Assembly: GCA_965216955.1 (NCBI GenBank)
Contig: CBDCGV010000016.1
Coordinates: 160,715 to 224,714 of the forward strand
Source of the DNA: Chitinophagales bacterium
Lineage (GTDB): Bacteria > Bacteroidota > Bacteroidia > Chitinophagales > JADIYW01
Direction: 5' to 3'
Length of the DNA stretch: 64,000 bases
Shown: one piece after another, positions 62,901 through 64,000 of the stretch
How positions within the stretch are numbered: the first letter of the stretch is position 1
How the letters are laid out: the number at the start of each line of letters is the position of its first letter
Notes under the pieces: generated by a model
Seen by the model: only the letters and a program-made list of their open reading frames with translations
The model's database searches: none
Told to the model about the DNA's origin: nothing
Made by a program: the position numbers and the translations under genes

Positions 62901-64000
62901 GATGTTGAAGTAATAAATAAACCTGAAGGATCTGTCAATTCAGCATCTACAGGATTTGATTTACAAGTTGGATTTCCTGGAAGTGCAATGGTAATATTAT
63001 CATATAACCCTGCACCCAAGTTGTCTATATATATTTTTCCGTCACCAATAAAACTTCTAATTGTAACCATGAAAGGAATTCCATTCAATTCATATTCAAC
63101 AATGTAATCGGTTCCAGGGGCCAACGGTGTTGGTTCTAAAATAATTCTTCCGTCTGACACATTACATCCTGTAGGCAACACTCTTCCATCTAAAGCCAAA
63201 GTTGGAGCTCCAGGATTACCAATCGTTGCCTCTGTTTCATTAGAAGTACAACCATCGTGATTAGGATCAACATCTACTGCTTTTATTTCAGTATAATCTC
63301 CAGTCGCCAAACCAGTAAATACTGCATTACCACTTCCATTAGCCGTAACACTAGTATAATTTAACGGTGTAATTCCATTATATAACATGGTTATATCATA
63401 TACGTTTCCAGGTGTCAATCCTTGTACCGTAATACTACCCGTGCCACCACAAGTAGCCGGATTGGTAGGTGTAGCAGTGATGACTAAGTTATCTTGAGGT
63501 ATAGTGGCTTGGAATGGATCACTAAAACATCCATTAAGACTCACGACCATATTTGTATAGTCTCCCGCTGGTAAATTCGACAAAGTAATTAAACCAGTCG
63601 CATCCGAAGTTGCAGTCGTATTTACAGTTGCACCACCATTATATTGATACGATATATTATACGTTGTAGAAGCCTGTAAACTAGTCCCTGAAATAGTAAT
63701 CGTTCCATCGTCCGCTCCACAATTCGTTTCTGCATTAGGTGTAGCATTTAAATTTGGAATTTCAGGCTCTGTAATAATAGCCGATACTTCGTTTGATTTA
63801 CAACTAGAAGGATTCGTTACTGAAATCATGGTATAATCACCAGGTGCCAGATTATTTAAAGTAATTAAGCCTCCTGCTGCTGTAACATTTCTTGTTTGAA
63901 TGGCTCCTCCATCATAACTATAACGAACTACATAGTTTGTTCCATTAACAATGTTAATACCAGACAACTCAATTACTCCCGTTTGATGCGCTGCATCACA
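38906..64000 (-). CDS. giant mosaic repeat-rich cell-surface (adhesin/SprB-like) protein, 5'-partial because the ORF is still open at the window edge
   Basis: The minus-strand ORF is uninterrupted for 25 kb. I translated the codons between 63968 and 64000 by hand (CDAAHQTGVIE) and found no stop, so the TTG at 63967 is not the true start. The protein is composed entirely of Cys-framed beta-module repeats (SprB-like, Ig-like, PKD-like, SdrD-B-like). See the repeat features. Confidence 0.9.
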   Translation of the reverse strand, partial: CDAAHQTGVIELSGINIVNGTNYVVRYSYDGGAIQTRNVTAAGGLITLNNLAPGDYTMISVTNPSSCKSNEVSAIITEPEIPNLNATPNAETNCGADDGTITISGTSLQASTTYNISYQYNGGATVNTTATSDATGLITLSNLPAGDYTNMVVSLNGCFSDPFQATIPQDNLVITATPTNPATCGGTGSITVQGLTPGNVYDITMLYNGITPLNYTSVTANGSGNAVFTGLATGDYTEIKAVDVDPNHDGCTSNETEATIGNPGAPTLALDGRVLPTGCNVSDGRIILEPTPLAPGTDYIVEYELNGIPFMVTIRSFIGDGKIYIDNLGAGLYDNITIALPGNPTCKSNPVDAELTDPSGLFITSTSTFDDCLSNGTITVYGAQPGQSYALSYVFSPFPSGTAITTNLNVTADAFGQIFLLNLSAGTYSNLFLRRLSDGCTSNAVTETVEYPSAPCECDGKLTEYDSICVSTTEPDYLIEIDTIVGVGPNGCDSIIKTITRLLPADSVDLEIAICDGDSLVVGTTVLDTTGFYQITLTNIYGCDSVVSVDLTVIIVTDTVWADNTGPVCEGELIQLQANPSVPGATYFWTGPNGFSSTEEDPEIFPVTVADTGEYRVTITKIFTLPNGSSITCTAVDTGVTNVTIYPTPPNPTPTNNGPVCEGDSIQLFGGAAGADSVVWDGPLTFTSTLMNPIIRNTTADMSGEYCITAYYNGCPTTEDSCTVITIISPEDAPFPTNGGPVCEGDSVQLFAMANADSYSWFGPSGFSSADQNPWVTPAVAGEYGLILTTSGCVSDTGFTTVEILPIPPAPVATNNGPICDGEDLQLFASPTVAGATYSWSGPNSFASTEQNPTIIGATIADHAGDYTVTITIDGCVSPASAATTVVIHPIPGTPAPTDDSPQCEGEDIQLTANPPAGFDSVRWTGPDGYTSTLENPLLTNVQLIDAGDYCVVAYDNGCVSEEECTLVEVTPIPEQPLPTNSGPVCDGDSVQLFANVVADVYSWTGPGGFTSGLREPWVDPAMAGDYCLTVTIDDCTSPQGCTTVEILPIPPAPVATNNTPICEGEDLQLFASPTVAGATYSWSGPSSFTSTEQNPVLIGAVLSNAGDYTVTIAIDGCVSPASAATTVIIYPTPETPAPTDDSPQCEGEDIQLMANAAAGTDSVLWSGPDGYTSTAFNPVLTNVQLTDVGDYCVVAYDNGCVSEEACTLVEVTEIPDEPIPTNGGPVCEGDSVQLFANVIADVYTWTGPNGFTSGLRDPWVDPAVAGDYCLTVTIDDCTSPQACTTVELLPIPPAPEATNSGPVCEGENIELYADPSILGAQYFWTGPNGYTSTDEDPILLDVTLADTGYYYVTVTVDGCTSPADSTQVIIYNAPINVTFTGPASICPANDSLASYVIDNPEANVVYTWTLSAPGLVEIVDGQGTDSLTVRTIGLGGLVPIPIELCVQGEDTVTTCIGEETCDTFFISPPPVADFLLPGTACMGSEIQLSFNGFSSPNAFYTWDVDPATIVNANLDSSIIWVVFDMFGTYNVTLTVNDGGCIDDITKQLSINPTDIEVVADIQDITDCDTHMDGEIDITVTRTGGGTPGTFYTWTGPNGFTASTEDLTGLAPGVYHLMITDLFGCNPEYDFVVEDKETILIEDVVSDASTCDTDNGTVTTTIVTTSSGPFTYNLLDENGVVAETASSSALVYTHTGVAAGAYTVEIIDQGDTVCPAQELIVVETIDGPEVTIISEGGDDCNGVADGSVRFRAAGVAPFTYEFVDANGTVSTGTINVNNGAVDITGLPVGPYQLEVTDANGCIQGDNGEIEVGGIDFTVDITVDTATCGNNDGAIDVNVTGGSGSETYSWTGPAGTSPTGSNPTNLPSGNYTVTVSDGGCDTTLNVSIPNSDGPQIDITVDAVNVCSEDTTGGATITFSGSSVFLDYDIPGVTNGTIINGGTIVLTGLPVGNYEVYLVDYFGCQSASSFEITAPEELTAELEPFSPTLCDVADGKICLNAEGGTAPYTVSISPNVGILPDPFMENEVTCISGLEDGTYTVTVTDVNGCTVSEDEVIVDPDPCVDCADFDVANVVVNDEHCGENDGELCVEVTGGVAPYTYTVTNRNSGAVAGTITMPGTEYCITGLSAGVYDIEVVDATGECTTTASNEIEAVEDGAPEVRAVNFITANCGALNGGVTIRVLNGTALFTITLYDETGTQVLQSNNNAGELVQGGLGAGCYSAEVEDADGCVDVVEFCIEEEGIDYTVSVTPTDPTCGNVDGSIAVTATGASGSETYTWTGPQGSIPAGATASELAAGVYTVTIDDQGCDTTLTVELFNSNGPSLITEVLTEPLCIGSDEGSFEFTAATANGGPTLIGYVVNGVESGTVIAGQPVTITGLEAGVYEVTIIDLAGCEAYAEVTITEPEEIDVDIQAIPETECDAFDGLGCITINGGTAPYTVTLTQGMGIVPVSYTENVEGCIIGLTQGDYAFTVTDANGCEADGEFSISRPDTCIDCKDFGLESIVVVDEHCGQNDGSLCATVAGGTAPYTYTVTNLVTGAVVGTTTMSGTEYCLSDLPSGQYVVEVEDATGNCNVMGENEIEAIGAPNLVLDGGNTSINECGENNGTIGYVVTGGTAPFTYDLYASDGSPIVEDANVPSTGNLTVGDLTTDCYTLVLTDANGCEELEEVCIEEGPVDYTVGVTSTDPTCGNVDGSISITATGTSGSETYSWTGPNGDFVSGSSASGLEAGVYEITISDVGCDTVLTVTLTNSDGPEVMAIPVDASCNGYETGSVELRAASGGAPTLGYVIFGVGSGTITIGTPVTVDSLGAGMYDVLVIDETGCEGYGQFTIEEPATLDVDIAPMDETECDAIDGLACLTINGGTTPYTVTLTQGSGIVPLTFQEGEETCIIGLTEDDYALSIEDANGCGATGEFSISAPDTCIDCDDFGLESIVVEDEHCGQGDGSLCATVAGGTAPYTYTVTDLATSTVVGTITMPGTEYCIENLPSGQYIVEVVDATGECSVTGENEIEAIGAPNLNATGDPVNSDCGADNGSFAYTVIGGTAPLTYSLYAADGSAVTTNSIVPASGSIAVNNLAPGCYTLILTDANGCQEIEEVCIEENPIDFLVNVAPVLPTCGNNDGSIILNLVGTSGNETFSWSGPGGTFTATTLANNLAAGIYTITIDDEGCDTTVTVVLPNSNGPTVTAVPTPATCNGHETGSAIVTAANGSTPVLGYVVFGVSSGPISAGVPIALDSLAGGDYDVLVIDENGCEGYTSFTIEEPTTIDIDIAPSEETECDASDALGCVTINGGTGPYTVTLTQGTGIVPPVFTEGVENCIIGLTEGDYTVAVEDANGCGAEGDFSIAGPDTCIDCDDFGLESIVVEDERCGQGDGTLCATVAGGTAPYTYTVTNLATSAVVGTTTMMGTEYCIENLPSGQYIVEVADATGECTVMGENEIETIGAPDLVDNGNTENTDCGETNGRLGYMVTGGQAPFTYSVYASNGTAIVANANVPVTGNLTVGNLAADCYTLILVDANGCEEVEEVCIEEGPVDFLVGSIPTNPTCGNNNGAIQLILTGASGGATVSWTGPLGDFTVVGNTANNLVAGIYNITIDDGGCDTTLTVILTNTDGPSVAAVPTDATCNGYETGSVELTATAGSAPTLGYVVFGAGSGSITSGVPVTVDSLGAGTYDVLVKDELGCDGFAQFTIGEPTTIDVDIAPTDESLCDVFDASACVTINGGTGPYTVTMTQGVGIVPASFEEGVESCIVGLTEGDYSIAIVDANGCETDGDFSVIGPDACVLCDDFGLESIVVEDEECGESNGSICAKVSGGTAPFTYTITNLATGIVVGTTTMTDTEYCIEDLPAGQYTVVVVDSTGICTVMGENEIESIVTPGLVLIDNGNTSPSECGEDNGELGYLVFGGTAPYTFDLYAEDGTPIVEGSNVPLTGNLTVGDLAPGCYTLILEDVNGCKVIEPVCIEEEPVDYTFTVDTDDPTCGNTNGTITITPTGTSGNETYSWTGPNGVFVAGAIASNLEGGIYTVTIDDEGCDTTFTVALTNSDGPSVTAVVDTNASCQGVEDGVISITATANGAALNGFLIPGVGSGSITSGVPVSFSGLSAGTYDIAVVDVNGCIGYTQVTVGEPSTLDIDIAALPSQCNEATGQACITITGGTTDYTVSFITGTGTIPASFVENVEGCITDLARGDYEILITDANGCSTTSEFSVTEENCAPPDTVYFELPVDSMITVCDDSLENETSAPFASTELCDPSETSSIYGTWTPTEDGCLTYFSNDSIVGNHLDTICVVTTDSTGNIDTTIFISTITPIPDTIIVTIPQEDSDTICVEHEIGFDGGDFSTTLCDGSTTGSSRYGDWSVLDDCIVYNTNDIPGNGVDTICVVTYDSSLMMYDTNIVIINIPSVVDTIWFELPINDEITVCDSAFENGVKTASTSWLCEGGLIGSKAPWGSYIVDPEGCLTYFSDMTVGRYVDTICVVTYDSTEMTYDTTYFIPTITPEPDTIIVTIPQEDSDTICTTPELGFDGGDFSTTLCDGSTTGSSRYGDWSVLEECLVYNTNDIPGAGVDTICVVTYDSSLMMYDTTIIIVNIPSVVDTVWFELPVEDSITVCDDAFENGVETASDSWLCTGGTTGTSEPWGTFVTEPAGCLTFYSDTTVGRDVDTICVVTYDSTEDTYDTTYFIPTIVPVPDTVIVTIPQYETDTVCAEHEEGFDGDDFSTLLCDGTTSGSSPEGEWTLVEDCLVYTADNEPGIGVDTICVVTYDSSVMMYDTTIVIINVPRTHDTIYFELPVDSTLTVCDDQLENSVDNVFTTQLCDPFDRSSDYGDWFATNEGCLTYNSDSIPAEFIDTVCVVTVDDNGETDTTIFIITITPKADIGDYVWVDASKDGIQDDNEVGLEGVTVYLINAATGGDTLRITTTDSNGLYLFEDVPLGVYQIGFDVTTNVDGIDYIGTGKNTTADDDDSDADPNTGLTDLFAFDPADGDDLTFDAGFFIPDEVDTIYVELPVDSTITECDIALENGVVNPTTTQLCDAGTTSSDFGDWSVSEPGCLTYNSDTTAGDFVDTICVVTTDTLGHTDTTIFIVTITPTADIGDYVWADANKDGIQDGNEDGIEGVTVYLIDANTNDTLRTTTTDQDGLYLFEDVSEGDYIVAFDITTNVDGLEYIGTAQNATVDSLDSDADPTTGQTAPFNFDPATGDDLTIDAGFIQTADIGDYVWNDANEDGIQDGNEEGIEGVIVYLVDNTTGDTIATDTTDADGLYLFENVTAGEYVVSIDPTNTGLDYEISPQNATVDSLDSDIDPTGTTAPFTFDPTTGDDLTIDAGLFESFEPSDTIYIELPVDSTITVCDDPLENDVTNPTTTQLCDAGTTSSDFGDWSVLEPGCLTYNSDTTAGDFVDTICVVTTDTSGNIDSTIFIVTITPTANIGDYVWADANRDGIQDGNEDGIEGVTVYLIDANTNDTLRTTTTDQDGLYLFEDVSEGDYIVAFDVTTNADGIDYAGTGQNATVDSLDSDANPVTGQTAPFNFDPATGDDLTIDAGYIVPMEVDTIYIELPVDSTITACDDTLENGVTIPTNTQLCDVATTSSDFGDWSPTEPGCLTYNSDTTAGDFVDTICVVTTDTTGTRDTTIFIVSITPTADIGDYVWSDINRDGIQDPTEEGVEDVIVYLIDAVTGDTLRTTTTDQDGMYLFENIGEGQYIVAIDPSNAGPNYMISPQDATVDSLDSDVNPVTGQTAPFNFDPTTGDDLTLDAGLFEPMLKDTIYFELPEDSTITVCDSMLENGVSGSPVTQLCDPLDMSSIYATWFAINTGCLVYNSGNIPGDFLDTICVVTIDPDGDIDTTIFISTIIPTANIGDYVWVDVNYDGIQDPTEDPIEDATVYLIDAATGDTLRTTTTDQDGLYLFEDVLAGDYIVAFDISTSNTGLELVGTLQNTTVDSLDSDADPTTGQTAPFTFDPTTGDDLTIDAGYTPIADIGDYVWNDENEDGIQDGTEEGIEGVIVYLINNTTGDTVATDTTDADGLYLFENVVPGEYVVAVDPTNTGVAYDVSPQNATVDSLDSDVNPVTGQTAPFTFDPTTGDDLTIDVGLFEAIEPKDTIYVEVPVDSTVTACDDTLENGVTNPTNTQLCDAGTTSSSFGDWTVSESGCITYNSDATPADFIDTICVVTTDTSGNIDTTIFIVTILPTANIGDTVWVDDNRNGLQDNGEVGIERVTVYLIDGDTGDTLRVTTTDANGAYLFEDITSGNYIVAFDMQTNTTGFDFIPTTKDAGLDNVDSDANEDGQTDVFPFDASTGDDLTIDAGFVIPTERDTIYFELLVEDSIIVCDPILENAVNGNSTTQLCDPLDFTNIYGEWFAADTGCLVYVSDTIPGDFVDTICVITIDDDGDVDTTIFIPTIIPLTANIGDYVWNDINQDGIQDGTEVGIEGVTVYLIDAVTGDTLQTEVTEMDGSYLFTDVEEGDYIVAFDVTTTGDPYITSPQNQGVNDTIDSDVNQVTGQTAVFSFDPATGDDLTIDAGFYTPEDIDTIYFTIPTETDTVVCDTDFENGVVSADDSWLCTGGTTGTSGVYGNFIVDPAGCITFTSLTTVGVYVDTICVVTYDSTTMSYDTTIFIPSITPTPDTIYVTIPQDSVDTVCVAIEPGFGTDGYSAELCEGGTTGSSDYGSYTLTDDGCLIYNTNTNIGDFIDSICVVVTDSTTGQTDTTIIIVSIPSEVDTIWFALPVKDSITVCDSPFENGVLNADNSWLCGGGTTGTSGVYGNYEVTPFGCITFRSDNTVGDYVDSICVVTYDSTTMAYDTTIFIVSIFCDTAMTSVDSTICEGESVTIGNSSYNTTGTHMTTLTQTNGCDSVVTLNLTVNPIDSIVVDSTICEGESVTVGTSVFNTTGTNTVTLTQANGCDSVVTLNLTVNEIDSVTVLATSCNPADTGTTIDVVAGSDGCDSVVTTITSLLPTASSTVNTTTCDPAEVGTVVDTIVGGAANGCDSIVTTITSLLPTARTTVNATTCDPAEVGTVVDTIVGGAANGCDSIVTTTTSLLPTPISTVDATTCDPAEVGTVIDTIVGGAANGCDSIVITTTSLLPTASSTVNLTTCDPAEVGTEVDTIVDGAANGCDSVVTTITSLLPTASSTVNLTTCDPAEVGTVVDTIVGGAANGCDSIVTTVTTLLPTASATVNATTCDPAEVGTVVDTIVGGAANGCDSIVTTITSLLPTASSTVNLTTCDPAEVGTVVDTIVGGAANGCDSIVTTVTTLLPTASSTVDLTTCDPAEVGTEVDTIVGGAANGCDSIVTTVTTLLPTASSTVNLTTCDPAEVGTEVDTIVGGAANGCDSIVTTVTTLLPTASTTVNATTCDPAEVGTEVDTIVGGAANGCDSIVTTITRLLPTASATVNATTCDPAEVGTEVDTIVGGAANGCDSIVTTVTTLLPTASTTVNATTCDPAEVGTEVDTIVGGAANGCDSIVTTITRLLPTASATVNLTTCDPAEVGTEVDTIVDGAANGCDSIVTTITTLLPTASSTVNLTTCDPAEVGTEVDTIVGGAANGCDSIVTTVTTLLPTASATVNATTCDPAEVGTEVDTIVGGAANGCDSIVTTITTLLPTARATVNTTTCDPAEAGIDVDTIVGGAANGCDSIVTTVTTLLPPSTSTVNTTTCDPAEAGTEVDTIVGGAANGCDSIVTTVTTLLPPSTSTVNATTCDPAEVGTVVDTIVGGAANGCDSIVITITALNDQVNVVITPGDTTICPGEEVTLTATSATAIGYIWSTGDTTSVITESPIVTTTYVVGVVNGDGCVDTDTITVTVDNTLCPDCLDLPDTAYVFCDPVTETGDYCLPLPFTEHTGYDIFIDGVVYFDLPFICDVDTFIRYDFRDAIADGDYIGNDFFLLRWMIDGVDVVDPNFQYSTLEELRDFMLSVDPEGLWELVDGGSIEGGRNTHDYGVMEIFIPTTGIVLELYELRKESKGTLIEDLPAGCHTITLRSKDGLCPADSVVVCVDCVEPPVIDTIPVTIPVDSTEEVCVDIETGFTPTSTLVICDGGTLVSTVVSSALCVEITSGSIDDTVETVCVYVCDSTTGFCDTTIIVVTIPPVVEVPPIDTIWVTIPQDSTEEICLDTSILQIGDVVSASICDQGDDVTVSVNDTSNCVRVTTPEDFIGTDTACVIHCDADGVCDTTIIIVTVPCPDDIISEDSALVACNGGTGDYCLPLPFTEFTGYDLYIDGEVQFDLPFICDVDTFVRYEFRDAILDGDYVGSDFFLLSWMINGVDVADPNFNYSTLAELTSYMQTMDPAGAWTLIDGNSIEGGRNANDYGVLEIFVPATGIVIELYELRKESKGTLIEGLSSGCHWITLVDKASPECMDSVYVCVECPVVDTVTSNQ
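38909..39505 (-). repeat. unassigned Cys-framed module of about 190 aa, copy 2 (the last intact element of the 25-kb ORF)
   Basis: The sequence reads PCPDDIISEDSALVACNGGTGDYCLPLPFTEFTGYDLYIDG...LYELRKESKGTLIEGLSSGCHWITL...YVCVEC. Confidence 0.7.
40045..40625 (-). repeat. unassigned Cys-framed module of about 190 aa, copy 1
   Basis: The sequence reads LCPDCLDLPDTAYVFCDPVTETGDYCLPLPFTEHTGYDIFIDG...LYELRKESKGTLIEDLPAGCHTITL...VVCVDC. It is about 70% identical by eye to copy 2. Confidence 0.7.
40860..43280 (-). repeat. about 20 tandem 120-bp (40-aa) near-identical repeats inside the giant gene
   Basis: I counted 18 copies of VN.TTCDPAEVGT.VDTIVGGAANGCDSIVTT.T.LLPTAS.T, plus one degenerate leading copy (SCNPADTGTTIDVVAGSDGCDSVVTT). 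The 40-aa periodicity is also visible in the spurious antisense ORF 40905-43493. Confidence 0.9.
44460..49400 (-). repeat. nine SdrD-B-like (Cna-B/CRD-type, putative Ca-binding) domains interleaved with four-Cys modules
   Basis: Nine copies of A(D/N)IGDYVW.D.N.DGIQD..E.G(I/V)E.V.VYLID..TGDTL.TTTTD.DG.Y.FE.V..G.Y.V.F......(D/N)SD..P.TGQT..F.F.P..GDDLT(I/L)DAG(F/Y/L). Their starts lie near 49400, 48755, 48390, 47750, 47105, 46465, 46100, 45465 and 44815. Confidence 0.8.
51365..59330 (-). repeat. about 31 SprB-repeat-like modules; the distal 6.45 kb (51365-57830) is five tandem super-repeats of about 1.29 kb (about 430 aa, 5 modules each)
   Basis: The super-repeat boundary marker C(I/V)(D/L)C.DFGLESIVV.DE.CG..(D/N)G recurs at about 57815, 56520, 55235, 53945 and 52655, a spacing of 1285-1295 nt. 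Modules carry CG..DG.I...V.GG..P(Y/F)TY and D..GC motifs. Confidence 0.8.
59880..62320 (-). repeat. ten Ig-like units of about 80 aa, organised as an A-B-C triplet super-repeat
   Basis: The unit pattern is GP.CEG..(I/V)QL.A.......Y.W.GP.GF.S....P.......AG.Y...........C.S. Units 4-6 and 7-9 are near-identical triplets (for example NNGPICDGEDLQLFASPTVAGATYSWSGPNSF versus NNTPICEGEDLQLFASPTVAGATYSWSGPSSF). Confidence 0.7.
62640..64000 (-). repeat. five or more SprB-like modules of about 88 aa (array continues beyond the window)
   Basis: The recurrent pattern is C....DG.I.I.G........Y.I.Y..NG..........G.I.L.NL..G.Y......N..C.SN. Confidence 0.6.

Noticed and set aside
63965-63967. The TTG reported by the ORF track as the start of the giant protein
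   Set aside because: The frame stays open through the last 33 nt of the window (hand translation CDAAHQTGVIE), and the sequence there is mid-module. The true start and signal peptide therefore lie beyond position 64000.
1-64000. Mobile elements, prophage, defence islands, and tRNA, rRNA or riboswitch elements
   Set aside because: I scanned all intergenic regions longer than 60 nt by eye and saw no cloverleaf-capable, rRNA-like or known riboswitch sequence. No transposase, integrase, restriction, toxin-antitoxin or cas-like ORFs appear in the six-frame track.

Overview
This is a low-GC Bacteroidota-type chromosomal segment. The evidence for that placement is the T9SS PorP/SprF gene, a gliding-motility C-terminal domain, DUF1599 and BT_3928-type genes, and TAnnTTTG-like promoter boxes.

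Positions 1-32.8 kb are ordinary housekeeping genes: aceK, rpsP-rimM-trmD-rplS, an acyl-CoA dehydrogenase, ahcY, a DUF1800/DUF1501 pair, a split Fe-S oxidoreductase, aroK, folP, rluF, a kinase-murQ pair, queE, rarA, pyrD and rsmE. I found no rRNA, tRNA, CRISPR, transposase, integrase or recognisable defence genes.

Positions 32.9-64.0 kb, all on the minus strand, form one cell-surface locus. It starts with a giant mosaic repeat-protein gene. Its ORF is open from the window edge (64000) down to 38906, about 8,360 codons, and the N-terminus lies outside the window. Next comes about 1 kb of frameshift-riddled module repeats (about 37850-38905). A 522-codon ORF (36368-37936) follows and ends in a clear T9SS type-B (gliding motility-associated, CHU_C-like) sorting domain. 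Downstream are a PorP/SprF-family gene and a PorE(PG1058)-like TPR/beta-propeller/CRD/OmpA gene. If the frameshifts are not real, this is a single gene of about 9,200 or more codons.

The giant gene has nested repeat hierarchies:
- about 31 SprB-like modules, including five 1.29-kb super-repeats
- ten Ig-like units arranged as a triplet super-repeat
- sixteen four-Cys modules of about 93 aa
- nine SdrD-B-like Ca-binding domains interspersed among the four-Cys modules
- about twenty near-identical 120-bp tandem repeats
- a duplicated module of about 190 aa that I cannot assign to any family

All family calls come from motif recognition by eye. No HMM or BLAST search was run.
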